From positions 1-64,000 of the IMG/VR virus record IMGVR_UViG_3300032562_000004: a DNA stretch of 64,000 nucleotides; one strand, written 5' to 3'. A model generated the notes under the pieces. That model made no database searches and had not been told where the DNA came from. It saw only the letters and a program-made list of their open reading frames with translations. Position numbers and translations under genes: made by a program. Each line of letters opens with the position of its first letter. The stretch's first letter is position 1. Below are positions 18,874 through 28,699 of this stretch, one piece after another.

Positions 18874-19245
18874 CTATTTCATCGTTTCAAAAGTTATGCC
18901 TCTAATTTTAGTTTCGGGCATGTTGTGCATATCCATATTCGACACATAAGTGATGTCGGCATTTGGATAACAAATTTGTACAAGTTTGAGTAATTGGCAG
19001 ACTGTGCCATCTGAATCATTAAACGAAAATATTTCATCAACACAATTGATATTTTTTAATATTTCACGGCGAGTGTCATAATTTTGAACAAATCCACCTT
19101 GTGACCACATCATATACCAATCAGAATGAACACCGACAACTAACCAATCACCTTTTGACTTACATTTCATTAAGTATCTTAATTCTTCAATCGTAAGTGG
19201 ATCAAAAGTGCCGGATGTTATTATTATTCTATCTTTTTGTGGCAT
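18874..19245 (-). CDS. cytidylyltransferase-fold protein (HldE C-terminal/TagD-like) with degenerate HxGH
   Basis: SGTFDPLTIEE...GDWLVVGVHSD...R.EIL..INCVDE. Confidence 0.75.
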   Translation of the reverse strand: MPQKDRIIITSGTFDPLTIEELRYLMKCKSKGDWLVVGVHSDWYMMWSQGGFVQNYDTRREILKNINCVDEIFSFNDSDGTVCQLLKLVQICYPNADITYVSNMDMHNMPETKIRGITFETMK

Positions 19246-19670
19246 TACGGTAATAGATTTGGAAAAGCCTCTTTTACGAATTTATAGTTTAAACCTTTTA
19301 CACCTTGGTCTTTTTGGAAAATACCAATCAATACTTCTGCATCACGGGGTTCCAAAGATTCCAAAATTTGTAACAATAATTGATTTCTTTTCTCTGGTGT
19401 CAAACTTTCTGCTGTAGCATCACCTTTTTTGAAAAGATATAATTTACGCAATTGTGCAGCTAAAGAATTTGAAGTAATACCAGGTAAAATATCATCAGGT
19501 ATTTTGTAATTATCTGGCATTCCAGTAACTAACCATTGGCAATTTGGATGAAATGTTAATTGCAACACATCGACCAAAGTTTGAGAAAGATTCTTCTCTA
19601 TTACTGCCATTTTTTCTTTTTTATCTTTAGCTTCTTCAAATTCATCAAATACTTCAAATATATTCTTCAT
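19245..19670 (-). CDS. conserved T4-like hypothetical protein
   Basis: KRNQLLLQILESLEPRDAEVL motif; usual neighbour of rnh. Confidence 0.75.
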   Translation of the reverse strand: MKNIFEVFDEFEEAKDKKEKMAVIEKNLSQTLVDVLQLTFHPNCQWLVTGMPDNYKIPDDILPGITSNSLAAQLRKLYLFKKGDATAESLTPEKRNQLLLQILESLEPRDAEVLIGIFQKDQGVKGLNYKFVKEAFPNLLP

Positions 19671-20512
19671 TAAAATTCCTCGATTATTTCCATTAAGTTT
19701 TTCAGTTTATGTTCAATAAAATAATTCAACAACTTATTCCGTTTTGCTGGAACTGTTTCATCATAAGTATTTATAATCTTTTCTTTTATTTCTTGTGGAA
19801 TGAAAGACAAGTCAATTAACGTTTGATTTCTACCAAAATTTACAGTTTCATCGTATGAGAAATTTTTAACATCTTCATTCAGATATTTTTCTAATGTTTT
19901 TTGTGTAATTGGTTTTTGTCTTAAATCACGGACAAAACAATCTGATGGTGAAAACATATTTGGTATGCCATCACCTTTATCACCACGAATAATTTTTTCT
20001 TTAAGTTCTAATACCGGATTTTCTGATTTTACAAACTTCTTTTGTGAAGGATTATATTGCTTCACATTTGGATAGTTTTGCAACTGTAGGAAGTCACCAT
20101 CACTCGATAGGATCAAAATCTTTTCGTGTGCTGAGTGCCGTGGTACTAGTGTGCCAATGATGTCATCCGCTTCGGCGCCCTCAACGTCAATTACTTTATA
20201 TGGGAAGTTTTCTTTGAGTTCGGCTTTGAATTTTGCAAGCATGTCAAAAATTAAATGCCAATCTAAGTTAGATTTGTCACGGTTCTTTTTACGATTTGCT
20301 TTGTAAAATGGGAAATACTCTTTACGCCAGTATTTACGATTATCACAACACAATACCACTTCACCATATTCATTTTTAAAATTCTTAATATGGTTACGAA
20401 TGATATTCAAAATCATGTGACGAATTAGACTTTCATCTAATGCACCTTTATGGTTTGAAATTTGTGCCATAAGTCCGGCAAGTAATACTTGATTTAAATC
20501 AACGAGAATCAT
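19670..20512 (-). CDS. rnh: RNase H / 5'-3' exonuclease (T4 Rnh)
   Basis: ILVDLNQ, YKANRKK, EADDIIG, SSDGDFLQL, GDKGDGIPN. Confidence 0.93.
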   Translation of the reverse strand: MILVDLNQVLLAGLMAQISNHKGALDESLIRHMILNIIRNHIKNFKNEYGEVVLCCDNRKYWRKEYFPFYKANRKKNRDKSNLDWHLIFDMLAKFKAELKENFPYKVIDVEGAEADDIIGTLVPRHSAHEKILILSSDGDFLQLQNYPNVKQYNPSQKKFVKSENPVLELKEKIIRGDKGDGIPNMFSPSDCFVRDLRQKPITQKTLEKYLNEDVKNFSYDETVNFGRNQTLIDLSFIPQEIKEKIINTYDETVPAKRNKLLNYFIEHKLKNLMEIIEEF

Positions 20513-20549
20513 AATAAACTTTCAATAGTTTCCAATAGGTACTATTGTA

Positions 20550-20894
20550 TCACAGTTCTTTCAGTTTGTCAAATGTTTTTTGGATAAAAGTGGTAGAAGT
20601 GGTAGTTTTGCGAGCCATGACACCATACCAATTTTGTGGTATTAATCCAGAAATATATTCTAAAGGTTCTACAAAAACGGCATCAAAGCGGTCAACATCA
20701 TATATGCCATCATGTGTATTATCTTCTTTGAATAATATAACATGATATGTATTACCCATTGTAGAATTGTTTAGGCTTTCACCTGGATTTTTGTATAAAG
20801 CTGATTCAATATGTATTTCGTCTTTTTTATCGCCAGGTAGAAAAAAGATTGCGTCATGTGTCTCATTCTTGAGGTGTTTGAGAAATTCTAACAT
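20550..20894 (-). CDS. hypothetical protein
   Basis: 114-aa ORF. Confidence 0.7.
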   Translation of the reverse strand: MLEFLKHLKNETHDAIFFLPGDKKDEIHIESALYKNPGESLNNSTMGNTYHVILFKEDNTHDGIYDVDRFDAVFVEPLEYISGLIPQNWYGVMARKTTTSTTFIQKTFDKLKEL

Positions 20895-21303
20895 TATAGT
20901 CCTTGATATGTGATTTGCGTACTCTTACCATTATCCATGTGTTATAGTAATCTTCTGATTCCATAACTCCACGGACAAATTGCTCTTTTGCTTCGAGATA
21001 ACCACATTCGCCTTTACTTCGGCATAGATGTAATATTTCACGGGAAAAGTTTTCATGGCCTAATTGTAACACATCTCGCTTCAACATGTCACTGCTTCCA
21101 TAGTAAGTTTGCCAATCACTTGGAACTTTAATCTTTTTCTTTTTACCTTTGACTTGTTTGGTTTTGGCAGAATAAAAGAATTTCTTGCCTATGTATTTTT
21201 TACCATTCGTCAGATTAGTTATCTGATACACGAACCCGTAATTATCACCAATCAAATCTTCAGTAAAATCTTTACCATTATACTGCCAATCTATTCGTCC
21301 CAT
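20863..21303 (-). CDS. denA: GIY-YIG endonuclease II-like (DenA)
   Basis: YGFVYQITNLTNGKKYIGKK...YYGSS...REIL...YYN. Confidence 0.8.
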   Translation of the reverse strand: MGRIDWQYNGKDFTEDLIGDNYGFVYQITNLTNGKKYIGKKFFYSAKTKQVKGKKKKIKVPSDWQTYYGSSDMLKRDVLQLGHENFSREILHLCRSKGECGYLEAKEQFVRGVMESEDYYNTWIMVRVRKSHIKDYNVRISQTPQE

Positions 21304-21479
21304 TCCTCATTGTCCAAATCGTCATCATCCTCTATATAGTCCTCGGATAATTCTTCGATTTGTTCACCACAGAATGGGCAATGTTCAGGTAATTCTTGAG
21401 AAACCATTTCTTCCATAAATGCTATGCTATAAGTCGATTCACAACTTAAGCATTCTCCAGATAATTGTTTTTGAGTCAT
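21291..21479 (-). CDS. small zinc-ribbon protein
   Basis: CLSC...CPFCG with an acidic tail. Confidence 0.7.
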   Translation of the reverse strand: MTQKQLSGECLSCESTYSIAFMEEMVSQELPEHCPFCGEQIEELSEDYIEDDDDLDNEEWDE

Positions 21480-21488
21480 TAAAAATCC

Positions 21489-22475
21489 TTAATGTGCCCA
21501 AACATCACTCCAATCTCCAGACAAAGCACCTTTTGCATAGTCGGTTGCTCTATTCTCAAAGAAGTTTGTGTGAGTTGGTGCGTTAATCATTTCCTCTACC
21601 CAAGGTAAAGGATTTCTTTTCACTTTAAACAGACCTTTGAGTCCTAAAGAAATCAAACGGCGGTCGGCAATATAACGAATATACTTCTTAACATCTTCAG
21701 CAGATAAATCTTCCATGGCGCCCATCTTAAATGCCAAATCAATAAATTTATCTTCAAGTTCTACCATGCGTTCAGCAATAGTATATAACTTACCTTTCAA
21801 TTCATCGTTCCAAATTTCACGATTTTCTTCTATATATGTTCTAAACAGTTTAACCATGTTTTCTGTATGTTGAGTTTCATCAACAATAGACCAAGTTACA
21901 ATCTGTCCCATGCCTTTCATTTTGCCATGTCGTGGAAAATTAAGTAACATAATAAAAGAGCTAAACAACTGCATACCTTCGGTAAATGCCGAGAATACAG
22001 CAATGTGAGTTGCAGTGTTCTCTTTAGTAGTATTCTTTGCAGAGATGTCCATAACATAGTCGTGTTTCTCTTTCATTTCAGCATAAGCCATAAATTCGTT
22101 ATAAGTTGTATCTGGAAGACCGAGAGTTTCAATCAAATGTGAATAAGCAGCAATGTGTAAGGCTTCACGAGCAGCAAATCCTAATAACATCATGCGTATT
22201 TCGGGTTGTGGGAAATAAGGTAGATAATTATTAACATAACCACCAGCAACGTCAATATCTCCTTGGGTGAAGAATCTAAAAATGTGGGTGAGAAATTGCT
22301 TTTCTTCTTTGGTGAGTTTTTTCTTCCAATCTTTAACATCTTCCAACATTGGAACTTCGGTATGTAACCAATGAGATTGCTCATGCTTAAGCCATGCATC
22401 ATAAGCCCAAGCATAATTAAAAGGTTTAAAATATGTACGCTCATCGGTGAGCCTCGTTTCTGTTTTTTTAATCAT
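21489..22475 (-). CDS. nrdB: ribonucleotide reductase class Ia beta subunit
   Basis: FFTQGD, REALH, EGMQLFSSF, DETQH iron ligands; NFFE tail. Confidence 0.96.
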   Translation of the reverse strand: MIKKTETRLTDERTYFKPFNYAWAYDAWLKHEQSHWLHTEVPMLEDVKDWKKKLTKEEKQFLTHIFRFFTQGDIDVAGGYVNNYLPYFPQPEIRMMLLGFAAREALHIAAYSHLIETLGLPDTTYNEFMAYAEMKEKHDYVMDISAKNTTKENTATHIAVFSAFTEGMQLFSSFIMLLNFPRHGKMKGMGQIVTWSIVDETQHTENMVKLFRTYIEENREIWNDELKGKLYTIAERMVELEDKFIDLAFKMGAMEDLSAEDVKKYIRYIADRRLISLGLKGLFKVKRNPLPWVEEMINAPTHTNFFENRATDYAKGALSGDWSDVWAH

Positions 22476-22483
22476 TATTCTCT

Positions 22484-22807
22484 CTATACATTAAATGAGG
22501 AACCACAACCGCAGGTACCTTTGACTTCAGGATTTGTTATAACAAATTGTGAATTAAATTTTTCTTCTTTATAATCTAAAGTAGCTTCCATTAAGTATTG
22601 TGCCGACATTGAATCGACAAACACTTTAACATCATCCTTCATAATCACAAAATCATCTTCTTCTTGATTTTCATCGAAACTAAATTCATATTGGAATCCC
22701 GAACATCCGCCACCCTTTACGGACATCCTCAATGCCATATTAGGATTCTTTTCTTCCACAATCAAATCTTTTATTTTATTAAATGCATTATCGGTTACTT
22801 TAACCAT
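22484..22807 (-). CDS. erpA: A-type Fe-S carrier protein (ErpA/IscA)
   Basis: GGGCSGFQY and CGCGSSF motifs. Confidence 0.92.
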   Translation of the reverse strand: MVKVTDNAFNKIKDLIVEEKNPNMALRMSVKGGGCSGFQYEFSFDENQEEDDFVIMKDDVKVFVDSMSAQYLMEATLDYKEEKFNSQFVITNPEVKGTCGCGSSFNV

Positions 22808-22808
22808 T

Positions 22809-23195
22809 TTATACCTTACATGAACATTTAAGTTCGTAATCTTTTATTGCAGCTTTAATAGCATCTTCCGCAAGGATCGAACAATGAATCTTAACCGGCG
22901 GGAGTGCGAGTTCCTCTGCAATTTCAGCATTCTTAATTGATCCAGCTTGTTCCAGCGTTTTACCCTTGACCCACTCCGTGACGAGTGAACTTGAAGCAAT
23001 CGCCGACCCACAACCATATGTTTTAAATTTAGCATCTACAATTATTCCGTCTTCCACTTTAATTTGTAGTTTCATTACATCACCACACGCTGGTGCACCA
23101 ACCATTCCCGTTCCAACAGAATCGTCATTTGAATCCATTTTGCCTACGTTTCTAGGATTCTCATAGTGGTCAATTACTTTATCTGAATATGCCAT
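22809..23195 (-). CDS. iscU: Fe-S cluster scaffold protein IscU
   Basis: MAYSDKVIDHYENPRNVG, GAPACGD, KTYGCGSAIASSS, LPPVKIHCS. Confidence 0.96.
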   Translation of the reverse strand: MAYSDKVIDHYENPRNVGKMDSNDDSVGTGMVGAPACGDVMKLQIKVEDGIIVDAKFKTYGCGSAIASSSLVTEWVKGKTLEQAGSIKNAEIAEELALPPVKIHCSILAEDAIKAAIKDYELKCSCKV

Positions 23196-24986
23196 TTAAC
23201 CCTCACAAGCAATACAATCGTTACCTTGAGCAATCTGAGTCATATCTAGCTCTTTGATAACTTCTCTTTCTATCTTTTTGGCAACCTTATCAGCTTTACC
23301 AATTTTTTCTGAACGGCAATAATATAAAGTTTTCAATCCTTTTTTCCATGCCATAAAATGAATAGCGTGAATATATTTAATATGCGCATCGGGTCTAAAG
23401 AATAGATTTAATGATTGCGCTTGGTCAATATACGCTTGACGATCTGCAGCAAGGTCGATAACCCACCTTTGGTCAATTTCCATTGAGGTTTTGAAAATAT
23501 CACGTTCTGCTTCAGAGAGTATATCAAGATGCTGGCAGGAACCATCATTAGCAATAATAGAACTCCAAGCATCAGCGTAAGCTTGTTCATCTGTTATTTT
23601 CTCCTTTAAAATTTTATCTAACCATTTATTTTTATTTAAGTGAGAACCCGAAAGAGTATCCTGCCGATAAGCGTTGGCACGATAAGGTTCAATAGAAGGA
23701 GAAGTATTCCCCATGATAATGGAAGAAGAAGCATTGGGAGCAATAGCCATAAGGTGACTAAACCTACGACCAGTACCAGTTGCATCAGGAGCTTCACCTC
23801 TTTCGGAACCAAGTTGAATATTTGCTTCATCTAGTCCTCGTCTGATTGATTTAAAAATTCTGTTATTTGCAACTTTCGCCATAACACCCTCAAAAGCAAT
23901 TCCGTTGCGTTGTAAGTAAGCATGAAAACCAAGAGCACCAATACCAATGCTTCGTTCACGCTGAGCGGAGTACTTTGCTCTTGCAATAGCGTCAGGAGCA
24001 TTTTCAATAAAGTATTGGAGTACATTATCAAGCATTTCTGCTACATCTTTAAGAAACTGTTTATTATTTTTCCACTCATCATAAGTTTCTAGATTTAAAC
24101 TTGATAAACAACATACTGCTGTTCTTTCTTCGTTTGTAGGTAAAATAATTTCAGAACACAAATTTGATTGATGTACTTTTAGACCTTTATCTTTTAACCA
24201 TTTTGGTAATTGGCGATTGCTCGTATCAATATAATGAATGTATGGTTCACCTGTATGCATACGCAATTCTAAAATTTGTTGCCATAGGTGTCTTGCTGAT
24301 ACCATTTCACGAATTTCGCCTGAATGTGGGTCTTTTAGTTCCCAATCATCTTTAGCTTCAGGATCCAACATGCAATTTTCAATGAGTTGCATGAAGTCAT
24401 CCGTAATATTGATACCATGGTGTAGATTCAGGCAACGCACATTTGGATCGCCTGTTGGTTTTCTCATCTCAAGGAAGGGAATAATATCAGGATGAGATAT
24501 ATCAAGATAAGCAGCGTAACTGCCCCTACGGGTACGACCTTGACGATAAGCCAAGCTAGAGGCATCATAGATTTTGAGATGCGGCATAACGCCAGTCGAT
24601 TTATCGTCTGCCGAACGAATACCAAAGCCAATGCCAACACCGCCACCAAGCATACTAAGCCAATTAGTTTCTGAAAGATTATCAACTAGACCCTCCGCAG
24701 TATCTTCAATATAATTAAGGAAACATGATATAGGCATGCCACGCTTAGAACGGCCAAAACTGAGAATGGGAGTAGAATAAGATAACCAATGTTTACTGCT
24801 GTACTCATATAGTCTTTGTGCATGTTCTAAATTACTTCCAAATGATTTTGATACAAAGGCAAATCTGTGTTGTGGCGATGTTTCATCTTCTTTCATGTAC
24901 GATTCTTGTAATCGTTTTATTCCTAGTTCGTCAAAAAGTTTATCTCGTTGTAAATCAATAGTTAATCCTAGATATTGCATATTCAC
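23196..24986 (-). CDS. nrdA: ribonucleotide reductase class Ia alpha subunit (no ATP cone)
   Basis: PISC, SNLCSE, VCCLSS, APNASSS, DQAQS, LYY, C-terminal CIAC. Confidence 0.95.
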   Translation of the reverse strand: MNMQYLGLTIDLQRDKLFDELGIKRLQESYMKEDETSPQHRFAFVSKSFGSNLEHAQRLYEYSSKHWLSYSTPILSFGRSKRGMPISCFLNYIEDTAEGLVDNLSETNWLSMLGGGVGIGFGIRSADDKSTGVMPHLKIYDASSLAYRQGRTRRGSYAAYLDISHPDIIPFLEMRKPTGDPNVRCLNLHHGINITDDFMQLIENCMLDPEAKDDWELKDPHSGEIREMVSARHLWQQILELRMHTGEPYIHYIDTSNRQLPKWLKDKGLKVHQSNLCSEIILPTNEERTAVCCLSSLNLETYDEWKNNKQFLKDVAEMLDNVLQYFIENAPDAIARAKYSAQRERSIGIGALGFHAYLQRNGIAFEGVMAKVANNRIFKSIRRGLDEANIQLGSERGEAPDATGTGRRFSHLMAIAPNASSSIIMGNTSPSIEPYRANAYRQDTLSGSHLNKNKWLDKILKEKITDEQAYADAWSSIIANDGSCQHLDILSEAERDIFKTSMEIDQRWVIDLAADRQAYIDQAQSLNLFFRPDAHIKYIHAIHFMAWKKGLKTLYYCRSEKIGKADKVAKKIEREVIKELDMTQIAQGNDCIACEG

Positions 24987-25028
24987 CTTGTTATTGTTAT
25001 TGTTATTTAAAAAATATAATATTAAATG

Positions 25029-26039
25029 CTAAACTTTTTTCCAGTTCACAAACTCCATTTTTGCTCTTAAATTTACAGCTGTATGTTTATCTATAATGTC
25101 TTGAATTTCGTCAGGTGAGAACCCATTCAATATCATATCATTAACATCTTTTTCTTCAATAAATTCTGGCCAAATAACCACATTAAAATGATTGTCTATC
25201 GCATGTTCCATCTTCTTAACAATTTCTTTGTTACGAGGCTCATTGTCGAACACCAACACCACCTTGGACTTGTCCAATACATCGGTGATTGATTCCAAAT
25301 TAGAGTCTGCTGTTGCTACTGCATTCTCAATGAACATGGAATCAATTGGACCTTCAAACACATATACTAATTTATCCTCGTCTATCCGGTCAAGCCCAAA
25401 AACTTTTTTATTATCTTCGTGTGTTTTTATCGTAATGTAACGGAGCGAGGATTCACCCAAAGCCCGTGCTTGAACGGCAACAAGGTTCTTTTGTTTATCA
25501 TAGAATGGTATAACGAGCCGTTTATCGTCCTTATGAAGTCCTTCTTTTTCAATCCCCAAATCTTCAACGAACTTCCTGAAATCTTCCGCATAGTATAATT
25601 GCGATGAAAAGGCCTCAGGAATCCGTCTCTGCTGAACATAGACCTTAGCAAAATGCGCTTCTGGTAAAGAGTCGATTGTTGGAAGTTCAAGGGATTTCTT
25701 GAAGGTCGGCTTCTCCGTTTTAAATTCTTCAAACTCCGGTTTCGGGTAGTTGCCATTGTCAGTTCCATTCTTATATCGTTCAAGTTGGTATTCCTGTACG
25801 AGATTGGGATCAACTTGTTTTAGGAAATTATAGAAAGTTGTGGATATGCCACAATTATGGCACATATAAAAGTAGTCATTCTTTTTACGAAAGATATAAC
25901 CACGAGATTTTACTTTATTCTTTTGGGAATCACCACAGATTGGACACCTGAAGTTATAGAGATCATCCTTCTTCTTGGCAAATCTCTGTAACTTTGGTGC
26001 CACTTGTAACAGGAAAGACCTGTCGATAAAAACGCTCAT
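25029..26039 (-). CDS. gp61: DNA primase (T4 gp61)
   Basis: RCPICGDS...CHNCG zinc finger; FEGPIDSMF; DNEPRN TOPRIM. Confidence 0.95.
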   Translation of the reverse strand: MSVFIDRSFLLQVAPKLQRFAKKKDDLYNFRCPICGDSQKNKVKSRGYIFRKKNDYFYMCHNCGISTTFYNFLKQVDPNLVQEYQLERYKNGTDNGNYPKPEFEEFKTEKPTFKKSLELPTIDSLPEAHFAKVYVQQRRIPEAFSSQLYYAEDFRKFVEDLGIEKEGLHKDDKRLVIPFYDKQKNLVAVQARALGESSLRYITIKTHEDNKKVFGLDRIDEDKLVYVFEGPIDSMFIENAVATADSNLESITDVLDKSKVVLVFDNEPRNKEIVKKMEHAIDNHFNVVIWPEFIEEKDVNDMILNGFSPDEIQDIIDKHTAVNLRAKMEFVNWKKV

Positions 26040-26066
26040 AATATATTATTTCAAAAATGGTACTAA

Positions 26067-26483
26067 TTAATGTAATGTGTGTAGTATTGTATCAACATTT
26101 GCGTGTGAAATCAACCACGAAAGAACAAGAATACCACCGGCAATCATCCACTTCCATTGAAGTAATTTGTCTAGTTGGTCTTTTTCTTCTTTATTGTGTT
26201 TCAACATACATTCACGGAGACCTCTAATCTCATTCATAATACGTAATTCGGTATCTGAAACTTTTTCTAAAACAGTATCGATTCGTTCATGTATTTCGGA
26301 GATATCCTTATCCGTATCTTTTCTTCTTTGTTCCATATCGGTATACACTTTGGCTATGTGACGGTCGTGTTGGTCGACCAACTTTTCAATCACAATATCC
26401 ATTTTATTACATAACGCAGATAAAGTCAATACTTGTGTCTTTAAAACACCAATGTCGACCTTGATTTCTGTTTCGTCTGACAT
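26067..26483 (-). CDS. coiled-coil protein with C-terminal TM
   Basis: heptads then WKWMIAGGILVLSWLI. Confidence 0.75.
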   Translation of the reverse strand: MSDETEIKVDIGVLKTQVLTLSALCNKMDIVIEKLVDQHDRHIAKVYTDMEQRRKDTDKDISEIHERIDTVLEKVSDTELRIMNEIRGLRECMLKHNKEEKDQLDKLLQWKWMIAGGILVLSWLISHANVDTILHTLH

Positions 26484-26484
26484 T

Positions 26485-26658
26485 TTACTTCTTCTTTACT
26501 GGAATGGCAACAGCATCAGCGATTGCTTGATGAATCTTAACATTCTTACATACAGAAACAGTTTTACCTTTTACCACTTTATCGTGGCAAATCTTTTTAG
26601 TTTCAGCATGAGCAACTAATGATAAAGTGGCTAATATAATGAATAGTGATTTTTTCAT
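26485..26658 (-). CDS. small secreted protein (57 aa)
   Basis: MKKSLFIILATLSLVAHAETKKICH...VCKNV read by hand. Confidence 0.65.
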   Translation of the reverse strand: MKKSLFIILATLSLVAHAETKKICHDKVVKGKTVSVCKNVKIHQAIADAVAIPVKKK

Positions 26659-26660
26659 TT

Positions 26661-27149
26661 TTATCTTTCTGGCATTGACATAGAAGGACCTAGTGGTTTT
26701 AACGTAGGTGATGGGGTTGTGGTAACAGTTTCAGATACAGTTGTTGTAGTTGATTGTGGCATTGGTGCTCTAGACATTGTATTTCCACCCAATGGCATAT
26801 TATTCATTGGCATTGGAGAACCACCCATCATAGGTGTATGTAATCCACCGGCCTCAGCACCATTTAATTTCTCTTGTGTTCTACCATAAGCAGCAATACC
26901 AAGAACAGCACCCATGGCAAGGTGAAATAATCCGGCACCTTGAAGTGTTAAAGGTTGCCATTGACTAGTTACTTGGCCATGGTTAAGTGCCTGAAGTAAA
27001 CTCCAAAGGACAGGTGCTAATAAGAAGTCGAACATACAAATACTCATGTACATCCAACCCATCATTGGACGCCACTTGGAGTTCATCCAATCTTCTTTTT
27101 TCTTCTCGCTGTCTGAGAGTTGTTTGTATTCTTTTTGTGTATCTGGCAT
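26661..27149 (-). CDS. holin (GTA-type 3TM family)
   Basis: WMNSKWRPMMGWMY...FDF...GAVLGIAAYGRTQEK; adjacent to endolysin. Confidence 0.75.
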   Translation of the reverse strand: MPDTQKEYKQLSDSEKKKEDWMNSKWRPMMGWMYMSICMFDFLLAPVLWSLLQALNHGQVTSQWQPLTLQGAGLFHLAMGAVLGIAAYGRTQEKLNGAEAGGLHTPMMGGSPMPMNNMPLGGNTMSRAPMPQSTTTTVSETVTTTPSPTLKPLGPSMSMPER

Positions 27150-27757
27150 TAGGCACCTAAAACTTGGCAAGCATGTTGATAATGTGCTCTGCGTTCTGGC
27201 TCACCTAAAGAACCTCCATTGATAATGTGTGAAATTTGGTCAATATCACCATTGTCAGCGTGGGCATTTAAATTGGCATTTTCCCAAAAATAACAAGCAG
27301 ATTGTACGGCACCATCAAAAGTTGCCATATAAGCAGGAACATCTTCAACGTTCATCTGTAAAGAATCAGCAAACGCTTGATAATTATCTTTACCGGTCAA
27401 TTGAATTAATCCACGACCACAATATCTCCAACCATCACCACTTTCCTCATCACCGTTACCCATACGTCCAGCATAAGCACGATTGGCGATTGCTTCTGGA
27501 TTATGTTGATATTGTTCGGCAATTTCCATTGTTTGGAAGTGTGATGGCCAAGTTCTATGTAGAGATTCTGCTTTGTAATTTAGATTCTCTTGAATTGCAG
27601 TGAAATTAGCAGACTCAACGCAACATTCACCCATGAAGGCAGCAACACGTAAAGGTGTGGTGATGTCATATTGTGGCAATATTTTATTTAATGCCTCAAC
27701 CCATTGTTCAGCATATGGGTTATTAGGTACAATTGCGTGAAATTCTTCTAAAGTCAT
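27149..27757 (-). CDS. endolysin, glycoside hydrolase family 19
   Basis: ES..F..IQENLNY; YCGRGLIQLTGKDNY; SACYFW; INGG. Confidence 0.92.
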   Translation of the reverse strand: MTLEEFHAIVPNNPYAEQWVEALNKILPQYDITTPLRVAAFMGECCVESANFTAIQENLNYKAESLHRTWPSHFQTMEIAEQYQHNPEAIANRAYAGRMGNGDEESGDGWRYCGRGLIQLTGKDNYQAFADSLQMNVEDVPAYMATFDGAVQSACYFWENANLNAHADNGDIDQISHIINGGSLGEPERRAHYQHACQVLGA

Positions 27758-27766
27758 TTTAAATCC

Positions 27767-28111
27767 TTACGATGGTTTGGCCAAAGATACTGGCGTTGCT
27801 TCTGGTGTTACTACAATCTGACTAGACTGTGTAACTGCTAAATCTGCATGTTTCTTTGCTTCGTCTGTTAAATCGGCAACATCTTTTGCTGCTTTTGCGG
27901 CCGCAGCGATTGCTGCATCACTTGCTTTTTGTGATAATTCTGCTGCTTGATGAATTGCTAAGGCTAATTCTGCTTTTAGTGTATCAACTTTTGCATTTGC
28001 TTTGGCTGCTTCGGCTTTTGCTGCAGTAAACACTTGATGTAAATCACCTTCAATAATACCTTCAATTTTTTCAACGGTTTCTTCTACCGTAAACAATTTC
28101 AAAATACTCAT
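27767..28111 (-). CDS. Ala-rich hypothetical protein
   Basis: 114-aa ORF with GGAG RBS. Confidence 0.7.
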   Translation of the reverse strand: MSILKLFTVEETVEKIEGIIEGDLHQVFTAAKAEAAKANAKVDTLKAELALAIHQAAELSQKASDAAIAAAAKAAKDVADLTDEAKKHADLAVTQSSQIVVTPEATPVSLAKPS

Positions 28112-28121
28112 TTCAATCTCC

Positions 28122-28331
28122 TTAATATATTGCACTCACAATTTGAATAACACCCATTAATACTTCTCTTGCTTCTTGATCCATCTGGTATTCATCGGCA
28201 TTAGCATCGATTTGACCAGCAATATTTAAATCTTCGACCAATTCTTTAAAGTCAGCAGCCGAAAGGTTACCAGCATTATATTGGTTTTGATACTCTTGTG
28301 CCTGCATGGCAAGGTCTCTAATTATACTCAT
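28122..28331 (-). CDS. hypothetical acidic protein
   Basis: 69-aa ORF, coupled. Confidence 0.7.
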   Translation of the reverse strand: MSIIRDLAMQAQEYQNQYNAGNLSAADFKELVEDLNIAGQIDANADEYQMDQEAREVLMGVIQIVSAIY

Positions 28332-28699
28332 CTTGGTTTACTCCCAGTCACTTGTTGAATTCGTTCTGCCGACTTCGCTATTATATTTAGTTTTGCGGTA
28401 CAATAGAAAGCCGCAGGATTCTCTTTTTTGTGCAATTCATCTACCAATGTAAACAGTTCACCAGTTAATTTAATCTCAGCATCATTATTTGGTAAATATT
28501 GACTGTAATTCTTCAACTGATAAGCACTCCAATACATTCTTTCAATATTTTCAGCACTATTTAAAGGATTACTACAATTTGTAGTTAAAGCAATGGTTCT
28601 AACCTGAGTTACCAAATAGTATTCGTTGGCATCGTAAGGTCCAATCATTAAAGAACAACCAGATAATAAAATCATACAACTTAATATTAATTTTTTCAT
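28328..28699 (-). CDS. lipoprotein
   Basis: MKKLILSCMILLSGC lipobox. Confidence 0.75.
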   Translation of the reverse strand: MKKLILSCMILLSGCSLMIGPYDANEYYLVTQVRTIALTTNCSNPLNSAENIERMYWSAYQLKNYSQYLPNNDAEIKLTGELFTLVDELHKKENPAAFYCTAKLNIIAKSAERIQQVTGSKPR

